The notes below the pieces were generated by a model. That model saw only the letters and a program-made list of their open reading frames with translations, did not search any database and was not told the DNA's origin. DNA of 63,442 nt from a virus (Duplodnaviria; Caudoviricetes), in the IMG/VR virus record IMGVR_UViG_3300032241_001905, positions 1 to 63,442 of that record. One strand, given 5' to 3'. Made by a program: the position numbers and the translations under genes. Shown here piece after piece: positions 29,433-39,563 of the stretch (position 1 is the first letter of the stretch; each line of letters starts with the position of its first letter).

Positions 29433-30728
29433 ATGTTTTACATAATAGAGAAAAAAGAACAACTAGATCAATTAAGTGACTTTGGAGATTGTTTTATTGA
29501 ATTTATTCAATATAATGATAATTTTCACCCTACGTTAAACCCAACTAGTTTAATTTACATTCGACAACTTACTGATAAAAAAGGATATATATTGTGTATT
29601 GAACACAATGAATCATTTTCATTAAATAGAAAAGACGTTGCTCAGTGGTTATTAAATAATACAAAAAACTTATTTGTACTTAATAAAAAAACATCGCTAT
29701 ATCACTTCCCACATGAACAGAAGTTATTTGATATAAATTTTATTGAACAACCAGATTTAAGTGAAGCCACGAATATCCCCGCTATAACATATTTCTATAA
29801 AAGATTTGTTGATAATCCGGTTACTAATCAAATGATTCCTATTAGTAAACATTACGAAAAAATGGAGCGAATATTTGATGTCATACTGCCAATAATTCGC
29901 AAATACCGAGCAGATAACGCTGTTTATGCGTTTAATAATGGGCCTTTAACGCGTGTATTTCATAAAATAGAATCACAAGGTATTACGGTGGACAAGCAAT
30001 GTTTCATAGATTGCTATGGTGATGATTTACAATACCCTAAATTTAATTTATTTCAAGGTAAAATATACAGCCAATATAATTTGTATACTGTTACTGGAAG
30101 ACCGTCAAACACATACAATAGTATTAATTTTGCTGCATTAAATAAAACAAACGGCGAAAGAACATGTTATAGACCTGAAAATACTAAATTTATTGAATTT
30201 GATATACAGGGTTATCACCCACGTTTAATTGGTGAAATGATTAAATTTGATTTTGGTAATGAAAACACGTATGAATTATTAGGTAAATTATTAAATGTTA
30301 CTACTCAAGAAGCTAAAGAATTAACATTCAAACAATTGTATGGAGGTGTATGGGCTGAATATAGAAACAAACCATTTTTTAAAGATATAGTATCCTTAAC
30401 AGATAATATATGGGATACTTACCAATATGGCAAGTCATATTCAACAGAAAATAAAATATTTAGAACCGATGAAGAAATAACTCAATCTAAATTATTAAAC
30501 TATATTACTCAGAGTAAAGAAACATCAACTAATGTTAAAATATTAGAAAAAATATTAGATTATCTTAAAGATAAAAAAACAAAATTAGTATTGTATACCT
30601 ACGATGCGTTTTTATTTGATTACGCTGAGGAAGACGGTAAAGAAGTATTAGTGAAAATTAAAGAATTAATTGTATACCCGGTTAATATCAAACAAGGTAA
30701 TACATATCATGGTTTGGAGAAAATATAA
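29433..30728 (+). CDS. Family A DNA polymerase-like protein (short, divergent)
   Basis: TGRPS, motif A FDIQGYHPR, motif B AKELTFKQLYG, motif C YTYDAF. Confidence 0.8.
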   Translation: MFYIIEKKEQLDQLSDFGDCFIEFIQYNDNFHPTLNPTSLIYIRQLTDKKGYILCIEHNESFSLNRKDVAQWLLNNTKNLFVLNKKTSLYHFPHEQKLFDINFIEQPDLSEATNIPAITYFYKRFVDNPVTNQMIPISKHYEKMERIFDVILPIIRKYRADNAVYAFNNGPLTRVFHKIESQGITVDKQCFIDCYGDDLQYPKFNLFQGKIYSQYNLYTVTGRPSNTYNSINFAALNKTNGERTCYRPENTKFIEFDIQGYHPRLIGEMIKFDFGNENTYELLGKLLNVTTQEAKELTFKQLYGGVWAEYRNKPFFKDIVSLTDNIWDTYQYGKSYSTENKIFRTDEEITQSKLLNYITQSKETSTNVKILEKILDYLKDKKTKLVLYTYDAFLFDYAEEDGKEVLVKIKELIVYPVNIKQGNTYHGLEKI

Positions 30729-30734
30729 ATATTT

Positions 30735-31157
30735 ATGATGGAACAATTAAATGAATTTTTCGACTTGAACAAGCTTTTCTGTACGTTTACCACTCCCGAT
30801 AAAATAGAAGAAACGGTAACAACAATTAATCGTAAATATTCAATATTATTTAACAAAATTTTCATATTAGAGTCGCCTCAAAGTGACGAATTAATATGCA
30901 CTTATAATATTGATACAGGTAACATGGGTATATCACCTATGGCTAATACCATCTTGCTTCATCGTAAAAAGGAATCCAATACATTATATACTATTAACGC
31001 TTTAAATACATTAATCAAATCATTGAATGGTGGATTTTTAGATAAAAATTATATGGTAAATTGGCAAGAATATAAAAACAGCATACTATTAACTGATGGA
31101 CCTAATCTACGTAAATTAGATACAGCAATCTATAAAATAATAGACTTTAATAAGTAA
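30735..31157 (+). CDS. Hypothetical protein
   Basis: ORF (LFCTF, HRKKESNTLYTINALN) between polA-like and ssb. Confidence 0.65.
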   Translation: MMEQLNEFFDLNKLFCTFTTPDKIEETVTTINRKYSILFNKIFILESPQSDELICTYNIDTGNMGISPMANTILLHRKKESNTLYTINALNTLIKSLNGGFLDKNYMVNWQEYKNSILLTDGPNLRKLDTAIYKIIDFNK

Positions 31158-31168
31158 TTTAGTGAGCT

Positions 31169-31199
31169 TTTGTCTCCCGAAATAAAGATCGTATCTTCA
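31169..31199 (+). promoter_or_regulatory. Bacteroidota-type promoter (TTTG-N19-TATCTTCA)
   Basis: Same elements and spacing as 49650-49680. Confidence 0.55.
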
Positions 31200-31238
31200 T
31201 TGTGTTCATAGAACACCTAACAATTAAAACGATAAAAA

Positions 31239-32078
31239 ATGGACTTAAGTCTAATCAAACAGAAGTTGGCCGCTTCTCAAAACAAAGGTCAAAAGAAAAC
31301 TTACGAAAAGATTGATTACTCAACAATCTTCTGGAAACCAAAACCAGGTAAGCATCAAGTTAGAATTTTACCTTCAAAATTCGACAAATCAAATCCGTTC
31401 CGTGAAGTTTATTTCCACTACGGTTTCTCTAAAGGACCTATCTTAGCATTAAACAACTGGCAAGAAAAAGATCCAATTGTAGAATTTGCAAAAAGCCTTC
31501 GTAAATCATCTGACAAAGAAGATTGGCAATTAGCTAAAAAAATCGAACCGAAATTACGCTACTTCGTTCCTGTACTTGTACGTGGTGAAGAAGAAAAAGG
31601 CGCTCGTTTATGGGAATTTGGTAAGTTAATTTATGATCAACTTTTAGGTATTGCTACTGACGAAGATTACGGTGACTACACAGACATTACTGATGGACGT
31701 GACTTTACTATTGAGGCTACAGAAGACATAGTAGCAAATAGAAAAGGTATTAAATGCGTTATTCGCGTTAAGCCAAAAACATCAGCTATCTCTGATAATG
31801 CTGATTTAGTAACTAAAGTTTTAAAAGACCAACCCGACATTTTTTCTATCAACAAGCATTTTACTTTTGATGAATTAAAGGATCTTTTAGACAAATGGTT
31901 GAATCCAACAACAGAAGAAGATACTGAAACTCCAATTGCATCTAAAACAGAAGATGAAGAGGAAGAAGATGATTTCTTAACTGAAATTAACAAACCAGTT
32001 GAACAACACTACCAAGTAGATGTTAAGGCAGCTAAAACGTCTAACACAGACAAATTCAACGATTTATTTAACGATTAA
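31239..32078 (+). CDS. Single-stranded DNA-binding protein (gp32-like)
   Basis: FWKP..G...VRILP, D.TD...GRDF, acidic tail ending FNDLFND. Confidence 0.85.
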   Translation: MDLSLIKQKLAASQNKGQKKTYEKIDYSTIFWKPKPGKHQVRILPSKFDKSNPFREVYFHYGFSKGPILALNNWQEKDPIVEFAKSLRKSSDKEDWQLAKKIEPKLRYFVPVLVRGEEEKGARLWEFGKLIYDQLLGIATDEDYGDYTDITDGRDFTIEATEDIVANRKGIKCVIRVKPKTSAISDNADLVTKVLKDQPDIFSINKHFTFDELKDLLDKWLNPTTEEDTETPIASKTEDEEEEDDFLTEINKPVEQHYQVDVKAAKTSNTDKFNDLFND

Positions 32079-32087
32079 AACTAAGTT

Positions 32088-33197
32088 ATGTCCAAAGCAA
32101 AAATAGATAAGACATTAACGTCTGTGGTGTCTGCATCTTTGAAACAAGGATTTGATTTAGATAACTTTAAAAAAAGTAAATTTTTAGATCAAGCCTCTAA
32201 GTTCAAAACACAGAGATGGATTCCATTTTCAAATGCTGTTTTAGATGCATTATCTATCCCTGGGGTACCTATGGGACACGTTACTATTGCTAGAGGTGGT
32301 TCTGATACTGGTAAAACTACTCTTATGATTGAAGCAGCAGTTGCTGCTCAAAAGATGGGAGTAATGCCTGTATTTATCATTACGGAAATGAAATGGGATT
32401 TCGCTCATGCTCAAAAAATGGGTTTAGAAATTACTGCTATTCCTGATGAAGAAACAGGTGAAGTAATGGACTATAAAGGATTCTTCCTATATGTAGATAG
32501 ATCATCTTTAAACTCAATTGAGGATGTATCGGGATTCATAGCAGATCTTTTAAATGATCAAGCCAAAGGTAAATTACCATTTGACTTATTATTCCTTTGG
32601 GACTCAGTAGGTTCAATACCATGTCAAATGAGTATTGATCAAGGAAAAAATAACCCAATGTGGAATGCAGGAGCAATGGCTACTCAGTTTGGTAATTTTA
32701 TTAACCAACAGTTTCCATTATCTCGTAAAGAGAAATACCCGTACACAAATACTCTATTTGTAATTAACAAAACAGGAGTACAACCCGCTTTAACACCAAT
32801 GTCTCAACCTAAAATGACAAATAAAGGTGGTAATGCAATGTATTGGGATGCTTCAATTGTAATTACATTTGGTAATGTTACTAACAGTGGTACATCTAAA
32901 ATCAAAGCAGTTAAAAACGGTAGAAACGTTGAGTTTGCTAAACGTACTAAAGTAGCGATAGATAAAATTCACGCTGACTGTGGTATTGCAACTTCATCTA
33001 CTGTAATTGTAACTCCTCATGGATTCATCCCTGATGATGATAAAGCAATCAAAGAGTATAAAAAACAATATGCTAAAGATTGGTTTGAGGGTGTAACTAA
33101 TGCTGATGATCTACAAATTATTGAAGATAATAGCGAATGGGAAGAAAGTAGTAAAATATCTCCAATGATAGAAATAGATAATGATAATGCAGAATAA
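32088..33197 (+). CDS. uvsX: RecA/UvsX-like recombinase
   Basis: Walker A GGSDTGKT, Walker B LFLWDSVG, KGGNA. Confidence 0.82.
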   Translation: MSKAKIDKTLTSVVSASLKQGFDLDNFKKSKFLDQASKFKTQRWIPFSNAVLDALSIPGVPMGHVTIARGGSDTGKTTLMIEAAVAAQKMGVMPVFIITEMKWDFAHAQKMGLEITAIPDEETGEVMDYKGFFLYVDRSSLNSIEDVSGFIADLLNDQAKGKLPFDLLFLWDSVGSIPCQMSIDQGKNNPMWNAGAMATQFGNFINQQFPLSRKEKYPYTNTLFVINKTGVQPALTPMSQPKMTNKGGNAMYWDASIVITFGNVTNSGTSKIKAVKNGRNVEFAKRTKVAIDKIHADCGIATSSTVIVTPHGFIPDDDKAIKEYKKQYAKDWFEGVTNADDLQIIEDNSEWEESSKISPMIEIDNDNAE

Positions 33198-34212
33198 GTA
33201 TGCTGATATTCTCTCTAACATAAACAATGATCAACGTGGAGTCCAAGACTCCATTTTGATTGTTGATGGATTAAATACATTTTTGAGAGCATTTACCATG
33301 ATCAATTATTTAAACTCGGAAGGCCACCACATTGGTGGTCTAACGGGTTTTCTTAAATCATTAGGTTATGCTATTAAATTAATAGACCCAACTAAGGTAA
33401 TCGTTGTATTTGATGGTGTTGGCGGATCAAATAACAAACGTAATTTGTATCCTGAATATAAGGCAAATAGAAATACTAGCCGTATGACTAATTATGCTAT
33501 ATTCACATCTAAAGAAGATGAAAGAGAATCTATTAACAATCAAATGGCAAGATTAATACATTATCTTCAATGCCTTCCCATATCAATGGTTTGTATTGAC
33601 GGGATTGAAGCCGATGATGCAATTGGCTATTTAGCAGGAAAATTAGATAAATTTGAGGCTACTAGAGAAATAACTATAATGTCTGCTGACCAGGATTTCC
33701 TTCAGTTAGTAACAGATAAAACGCAAGTATATTCTCCTACTAAAAAGAAAATATACAAACCGGATAATGTACTAGAAGAATATAAAGTTACTGCTAGTAA
33801 TTTTGTTAATTACAAAATATTAATGGGCGATTCTTCAGATAATTTACCAGGTGTATTAGGGCTAGGACCTAAAAAACTACTAAAATTATTTCCAGATTTA
33901 GCTACAAGTAAACAAGTAACACTAGAGGATATACTGTTAGAATCAGCAGCTAAAGTTAATGAGCATATTTTGTATGCTCGTATAATTGAGCGAACAAATC
34001 AATTAGATATTAATAGACAGTTGATAGATTTAAGAACAATACCTCTATCAACAGAAAATATAGAACAAATACAAGCAGGATTTAAAATGCCGTATGAATT
34101 AAATTCACACGCTTTTATGCAAATGTATATTTCAGATAAATTAGGTGAATCCATACCTAATACACCAAGTTGGATAAATCAAGTATTTGGTCCTCTAAGT
34201 GCTTTTAAGTAA
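33181..34212 (+). CDS. 5'-3' exonuclease / flap endonuclease (T4 RNase H-like)
   Basis: IVDGLN, VFDG, YKANR, EADD, SADQDFLQL, GDSSDNLPGV.GLGPK. Confidence 0.92.
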   Translation: MIMQNKYADILSNINNDQRGVQDSILIVDGLNTFLRAFTMINYLNSEGHHIGGLTGFLKSLGYAIKLIDPTKVIVVFDGVGGSNNKRNLYPEYKANRNTSRMTNYAIFTSKEDERESINNQMARLIHYLQCLPISMVCIDGIEADDAIGYLAGKLDKFEATREITIMSADQDFLQLVTDKTQVYSPTKKKIYKPDNVLEEYKVTASNFVNYKILMGDSSDNLPGVLGLGPKKLLKLFPDLATSKQVTLEDILLESAAKVNEHILYARIIERTNQLDINRQLIDLRTIPLSTENIEQIQAGFKMPYELNSHAFMQMYISDKLGESIPNTPSWINQVFGPLSAFK

Positions 34213-34231
34213 ATTTAAAAAAATAGGTTAT

Positions 34232-35614
34232 ATGACAACATTAAGTAAGCTTAATCAGTACGGAAATGCATTTCAGACAAAGGTATTAGGCGCTTTATTA
34301 ACACAACGTGACTTTTTATTAAATATTTCAGATTCACTTGACAGTGAATATTTTGAATCACAATCTCATAAATGGATTATTGATTATATTATTAAATATT
34401 TTACTCAATACCATACATTTCCAACAATAGAAACATTAGCAATTGAAATTAAAAAGATTGATAATGAGGTATTACGAATTTCGCTAACAGATTCTATAAG
34501 AGAAGCCTATAAAATGTCAGATATATCTGATTTAGAATGGGTTGAAAAAGAATTTAGTGATTTCTGTAAGAATCAACAGATGAAAAAAGCAATTATGACA
34601 TCTGTTGATTTGTTAAATATGGGTGATTATGATGGTATTAGATCTTTAATCAATACGGCTATGAAAGCAGGTGAAGATAGAAATATCGGTCACGTTTATG
34701 GTTTAGATATTGAAGCAAGATATCGAGATGATAATAGAAATGTTATTCCATTCCCTTGGCCTGTATTTAATGATTTAACTCAAGGTGGATATGGTAAAGG
34801 AGATTTAGTATTAATATTTGGTAATCCTGGTGGTGGTAAATCTTGGGCTGTAATGGCTATGGGTGCTTATGCTGCTACATTAGGTTTTAATGTAGTCCAC
34901 TATACACTAGAATTATCTGAAGGTTATGTAGGTAAACGTTATGATTCTATATTTACTGGAATTGAAGTTGACAAATTACATTTACATAGAGACCAAGTAA
35001 ATGAAACTGTAGCTAAAGTAAAAGGTAAAGTTATTATTAAGGAATATGCTCCTAAAAGAGCATCTTTAGATACAATTGAAGCTCATTTACAACAACTAGA
35101 ACATCAGGAAGAATTTAAACCAGATTTAGTTATTATTGACTACCTAGATCTATTAAAAACAAAAGGTAGATCAGAACGTAAAGATGAAATTGATGATGTT
35201 TATACTGATGCTAAAGGATTAGCTAAAGAACGTAGTATTCCTATTATATCACCATCTCAAGCTAATAGAACAGGAGCTGATGAAGGTATTTTACAAGGTA
35301 AGAATGCAGCTGGTTCTTATGATAAAATTATGATTGGAGATATAATTATATCCTTGGCTAGAGGTCGTTTAGCCAAAGTAAACGGAACAGGTAACTGGCA
35401 TTGGATTAAAAATAGATATGGACCTGATGGATTAACATTTGGTTCACAAATTAATACAGCAAATGGGTATATAAACATATACAATCAACCACTAGATGAT
35501 GAGGAATTTGAAACAAATAAAACAAATAAGCCAACAAATAACTTTTCAGAAGTGGGAATAGAAGATCGTCAGGTTCTTAAAAGTAAGTTTATGAAACTTG
35601 AAGGGGCTCAATAG
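34232..35614 (+). CDS. Replicative DNA helicase (DnaB/gp41-like)
   Basis: GNPGGGKS, TLELS, IIDYLDL, SQANR, KNRYG; ATG at 34232. Confidence 0.92.
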   Translation: MTTLSKLNQYGNAFQTKVLGALLTQRDFLLNISDSLDSEYFESQSHKWIIDYIIKYFTQYHTFPTIETLAIEIKKIDNEVLRISLTDSIREAYKMSDISDLEWVEKEFSDFCKNQQMKKAIMTSVDLLNMGDYDGIRSLINTAMKAGEDRNIGHVYGLDIEARYRDDNRNVIPFPWPVFNDLTQGGYGKGDLVLIFGNPGGGKSWAVMAMGAYAATLGFNVVHYTLELSEGYVGKRYDSIFTGIEVDKLHLHRDQVNETVAKVKGKVIIKEYAPKRASLDTIEAHLQQLEHQEEFKPDLVIIDYLDLLKTKGRSERKDEIDDVYTDAKGLAKERSIPIISPSQANRTGADEGILQGKNAAGSYDKIMIGDIIISLARGRLAKVNGTGNWHWIKNRYGPDGLTFGSQINTANGYINIYNQPLDDEEFETNKTNKPTNNFSEVGIEDRQVLKSKFMKLEGAQ

Positions 35615-35649
35615 TATATACTATATTTATAAATACAACTACAAAGATT

Positions 35650-35910
35650 ATGATAAAGGTTAAAAGATTCACTGCTACATGGTGCGGTCCGTGTAAGCAA
35701 TTAGCTCCTGCATTTATACAACTACAATCTGAATTTCCAGGTGTTTCATTTGAAACAATAGATGTAGATCAGGACAAACAAACAACCGCAAATTACGCAG
35801 TAACAAGCGTACCAACAGTTATTATTGAGAAAAATGGACAATTTATCCAACGTTATTCAGGAGTACAACCTAAAACAACGTACGCAGGTATTATTAAATC
35901 ACTTATTTAA
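35650..35910 (+). CDS. trxA: Thioredoxin
   Basis: WCGPC, SVPT. Confidence 0.95.
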   Translation: MIKVKRFTATWCGPCKQLAPAFIQLQSEFPGVSFETIDVDQDKQTTANYAVTSVPTVIIEKNGQFIQRYSGVQPKTTYAGIIKSLI

Positions 35911-35920
35911 AAATTAAAAA

Positions 35921-37771
35921 ATGGATGTAACGCAAGAGATCCTTAGCGAGATTACTACGTACATGAAGTACGCTAAGTTTGTTCCCGCTTTAAACAGAAG
36001 AGAAACATGGCAAGAGTTAGTTACGAGAAATAAAGAAATGCATCAAGCAAAATTCCCGCAATTACAAAATGAAATTGAAGAAGCCTACAAATTGGTATAC
36101 GCTAAAAAAGTATTACCGTCGATGCGTTCATTACAGTTCGCAGGTAAGCCCATCGAGCTTAATAATTCTCGTATATTTAATTGTTCTTTTCTTCCTATTA
36201 ATGATTGGAGAGCATTCAGTGAAATAATGTTCCTATTATTATCAGGATGTGGAGTAGGATATAGTGTTCAAACACACCATGTAGAACAACTACATGAAAT
36301 AACAGTACCAACTAAACACAAACGTTATTTAGTAGGTGATAGTATTGAAGGATGGGCTGATGCCGTTAGAATGCTATGTAAAGCATATTTTACAGGTGGA
36401 GCATTACCAATATTCGATTTTAGAGACATTAGAGCTAAAGGCGCTCAGTTGATTACTGTAGGTGGTAAAGCACCTGGTCCTGAACCACTAAAAGAATGTT
36501 TATTTAATCTACAAAAGATATTTGAACGTAAACAAAACGGCGAGAAACTTACATCAGTAGAAGTACATGATATGGCTTGTCATATTGCAGATGCAGTATT
36601 ATCAGGTGGTATTAGAAGAGCAGCATTGATTTCCTTATTCGATTTAGATGATGAAGATATGTTGACTTGTAAATTCGGTAACTGGTGGGAAGAAAATCCA
36701 CAACGCGGCCGTGCAAATAACTCAGCAGTAGTATTACGCCATAAGATTGATGAAGAAGAATTCCTTAAACTATGGAAGAAAATTGAATTAAGTGGATCTG
36801 GAGAACCAGGCATCTACTTCAGCAACGATAAAGATTGGGGAACTAACCCATGTTGTGAAATCGCTTTGAAACCATTCCAATTCTGTAACTTATGTGAGGT
36901 GAATGTATCAAACATTGAATCGCAAGAAGATTTGAATGAACGCGTGCGTGTAGGAGCGTTTATAGGCACTTTACAGGCCGCATACACTGACTTCCATTAC
37001 CTAAGGGACATATGGCAGAAAACAACAGAGAAAGAAGCATTATTAGGTGTTGGTATGACAGGTATTGGATCTGGAGCTATTTTAGCTTATGATTTAAAGA
37101 AAGCAGCTGATTTAGCTAAAACAGAAAATGCTCGTGTTGCAGATATTATTGGTATTAACAAAGCAGCTCGTGTAACTACAGTTAAACCATCAGGTACTAG
37201 TTCATTAGTATTAGGAACATCAAGTGGTATTCACGCTTGGCATAATGACTTCTATATTAGAAGAATTAGAGTAGGTAAAAATGAAGCTATTTACAATTAC
37301 TTAGCTATCAATCATCCTGAATTAGTTGAAGATGATTTCTTCAAACCAACAATTCAAGCTGTAATTTCAGTACCACAAAAAGCTCCAGCTGGATCTATTT
37401 TAAGAAACGAAAACGTAATTGATATGTTAGAACGTGTTAAACGTTTCAACGTACAATGGGTTAAAAAAGGTCATAGAAAAGGTGCTAATACAAACAACGT
37501 ATCTGCTACAGTATCAATCAACGAAAACGAATGGGAACAAGTAGGTAATTGGATGTGGGAAAATAGAGATACATTCAACGGATTATCAGTATTACCTTAC
37601 TTTGGAGGTAGTTATACACAAGCTCCATTTGAAGATATTACTGAAGAACAATTCAATGAAATGGCTACTCATTTACATGGTATCGATCTATCACAAATTG
37701 TTGAATTTAGTGACGATACAGCATTGATGGATCAAGCAGCTTGTAGTGGAAATGCCTGCGAAATAGTGTAA
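35921..37771 (+). CDS. nrdJ: Class II (B12-dependent) ribonucleotide reductase
   Basis: PSMR, FNC, GGIRRAA, TNPCCEI, CNL, VKPSGT, C-terminal ACSGNACE; no beta subunit nearby. Confidence 0.92.
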   Translation: MDVTQEILSEITTYMKYAKFVPALNRRETWQELVTRNKEMHQAKFPQLQNEIEEAYKLVYAKKVLPSMRSLQFAGKPIELNNSRIFNCSFLPINDWRAFSEIMFLLLSGCGVGYSVQTHHVEQLHEITVPTKHKRYLVGDSIEGWADAVRMLCKAYFTGGALPIFDFRDIRAKGAQLITVGGKAPGPEPLKECLFNLQKIFERKQNGEKLTSVEVHDMACHIADAVLSGGIRRAALISLFDLDDEDMLTCKFGNWWEENPQRGRANNSAVVLRHKIDEEEFLKLWKKIELSGSGEPGIYFSNDKDWGTNPCCEIALKPFQFCNLCEVNVSNIESQEDLNERVRVGAFIGTLQAAYTDFHYLRDIWQKTTEKEALLGVGMTGIGSGAILAYDLKKAADLAKTENARVADIIGINKAARVTTVKPSGTSSLVLGTSSGIHAWHNDFYIRRIRVGKNEAIYNYLAINHPELVEDDFFKPTIQAVISVPQKAPAGSILRNENVIDMLERVKRFNVQWVKKGHRKGANTNNVSATVSINENEWEQVGNWMWENRDTFNGLSVLPYFGGSYTQAPFEDITEEQFNEMATHLHGIDLSQIVEFSDDTALMDQAACSGNACEIV

Positions 37772-37792
37772 CGGAGGAGCATGTGAAATTAT

Positions 37793-37833
37793 ACTCCTGC
37801 TATATTTATTGTAAACGATATTATGGCAGGAGT
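37793..37833 (+). promoter_or_regulatory. Hairpin sequestering the endonuclease AUG, with putative late promoter
   Basis: actcctgctata / tatggcaggagt 12-bp stem (one G-U); ATATTTAT at 37802-37809. Confidence 0.7.
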
Positions 37834-38410
37834 TATTTATAAAATTACCAATCCTAAAGATAAAATCTATATAGGATGTACTATTGATTTCAAACGAAGA
37901 CTATCAGAATATAGACGATTAAGTATGGCTGGACAGGTTAAATTGTATAACAGCTTAATTAAATATGGGTATGATAATCATAAGTTTGAAATTATAGAGG
38001 AATGTAGTGATGAAATATTACATGAACGTGAAATATACTTTATAAAACACTACAACTGTATAGAAGAAGGATTAAATATTAGATTAGGGAACAGAACAGG
38101 AGCATTAACTGAAGATACAAAACAAAAAATATCTGCAGCTTTAACAGGAAGAAAAGTAACATGGCATTCTAAAGGACCTAAAGGTTATAAGTATACTGAG
38201 GAACAAAAACAAAAATTGAGTAATGGTTTAAAAGAATATTATCAACATAATTCTGCTAAACCAAAACCTAAATTAGTACCACCACACATAGTAGAAGAAA
38301 TTAGATTAAAGTATAAAAATGGACATAAACGTTCATCTTTAAGTAGAGAATATAATGTAAGTTGGGGTACTATCAAAAATATAACAGACCATATAAATTC
38401 ATATGAGTAA
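37823..38410 (+). CDS. GIY-YIG homing endonuclease with NUMOD3-like repeats
   Basis: GVIYKITN..IYIG..R..Y, E..FI...N, TEDTKQKIS, TEEQKQKLS. Confidence 0.88.
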   Translation: MAGVIYKITNPKDKIYIGCTIDFKRRLSEYRRLSMAGQVKLYNSLIKYGYDNHKFEIIEECSDEILHEREIYFIKHYNCIEEGLNIRLGNRTGALTEDTKQKISAALTGRKVTWHSKGPKGYKYTEEQKQKLSNGLKEYYQHNSAKPKPKLVPPHIVEEIRLKYKNGHKRSSLSREYNVSWGTIKNITDHINSYE

Positions 38411-38621
38411 AGACTTAAAAAATAATGTTGATTATTATACAGAGGGAGAGCGCGTGATTTTCACTGCGCTCTTCCATATCAAGAGAGGCCATTGTTGTGG
38501 CAATGGATGCAGACACTGTCCTTATGAGCCAAAAAGTACCAAAGGAAGAGTGGTTTTATCAGAGAAAATACTTAAATTTACAAATAATGAATCTAGAACA
38601 ATTAGTAGAAGAAACGAATAA
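38403..38621 (+). CDS. DUF5522-like Cys-rich protein
   Basis: RGHCCGNGCRHCPY. Confidence 0.75.
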   Translation: MSKDLKNNVDYYTEGERVIFTALFHIKRGHCCGNGCRHCPYEPKSTKGRVVLSEKILKFTNNESRTISRRNE

Positions 38622-38748
38622 TCTACAACAACTAAACATTGCTAGTTTAACTCCAGAACAACTAGAACAATTATTAACTAAAATAAGTTCTATTATTGAG
38701 ACAGGCGAAAAACAATTATCAGAAATAAAAATAGAGACAAATGAGTAA
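38587..38748 (+). CDS. Small hypothetical protein
   Basis: ATG at 38587 (MNLEQLVEE), overlapping the queD start. Confidence 0.5.
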   Translation: MNLEQLVEETNNLQQLNIASLTPEQLEQLLTKISSIIETGEKQLSEIKIETNE

Positions 38749-39205
38749 GTTTCAATCAACTAAACTATTTGACGGTTATAGCTGTGTGTTCCGTCAATGG
38801 AAAGCAGAAGGCACACACTGCAGATTTCTTCATGGATATGGAATATCATTTAGAGTATGGTTTGAAGGCGAATTAGACGAACGCAATTGGGTTTGGGATT
38901 TTGGAGGTATGAAGCGTGCTAAAGGCAATATTGATGGTATGAATCCTAAAGAATGGATGGATTATATGTTTGATCATACATTATTAGTAGCAGAGGATGA
39001 TCCATATCTAACTGGTTTTAAAGCAATGGGGGATCATGGGTTATGTCAAACTAGAGTATTACCTGCTGTAGGTGCTGAACAATTTGCTAAGTATGTTTTT
39101 GAAAAAATAAATACATTTGTTCAAGAAGAAACTAATGGTAGAGTTAATGTTGTAAGAGTAGAATTTATGGAAAATAGTAAAAATACAGCTATATATGAAG
39201 GTTAG
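38741..39205 (+). CDS. queD: 6-carboxytetrahydropterin synthase
   Basis: HCRFLHGY, WVWDFG, FDH, AE.FA, EN; in the que cluster. Confidence 0.88.
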   Translation: MSKFQSTKLFDGYSCVFRQWKAEGTHCRFLHGYGISFRVWFEGELDERNWVWDFGGMKRAKGNIDGMNPKEWMDYMFDHTLLVAEDDPYLTGFKAMGDHGLCQTRVLPAVGAEQFAKYVFEKINTFVQEETNGRVNVVRVEFMENSKNTAIYEG

Positions 39206-39563
39206 TCATGAGTTCATTCCATATGAACAAGCATTAAAACTTAAGGAGTTAGGATTTGATGAACCATGCATTGCTATTGCTTTATGGGAAAATGATTTTT
39301 GCCTAGTTGGTGATGGTAAGGTTTGGAACAATTCAGATATAGACATCATCTATTTGCCACTCTATGAACAATCATTCAGATGGTTTAGAGAGAAACATGG
39401 TTTAGCTTGCTGGATTTACCCATCTCCACAAATAGGCGAAACTATTAAATGGTGTTATGATACAACAGACTTTAAAAAAATGAGTTTTACCCCACCTATT
39501 TTTGATACATACGAAGATGCCCAATTAGCTTGTCTTAAAAAATTAATTGAATGTTATATATAA
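39195..39563 (+). CDS. Hypothetical phage protein
   Basis: PYEQALKLKELGFDEPC..FRWFREKH..TYEDA. Confidence 0.65.
   Translation: MKVSHEFIPYEQALKLKELGFDEPCIAIALWENDFCLVGDGKVWNNSDIDIIYLPLYEQSFRWFREKHGLACWIYPSPQIGETIKWCYDTTDFKKMSFTPPIFDTYEDAQLACLKKLIECYI

Noticed and set aside
36880-37020. Patches of atypical codon usage within nrdJ (also the 3' part of folE and the last codons of the tail tube gene)
   Set aside because: They could be homing co-conversion tracts, but this cannot be separated from noise without alignments to relatives.
38497-38586. 5' extensions of track ORFs from GTG/TTG or upstream ATG starts (also 577, 15965, 34199, 45004, 56061, 59501)
   Set aside because: They overlap upstream genes or lack start context; downstream ATGs with A-rich leaders or TAATG coupling are more plausible.
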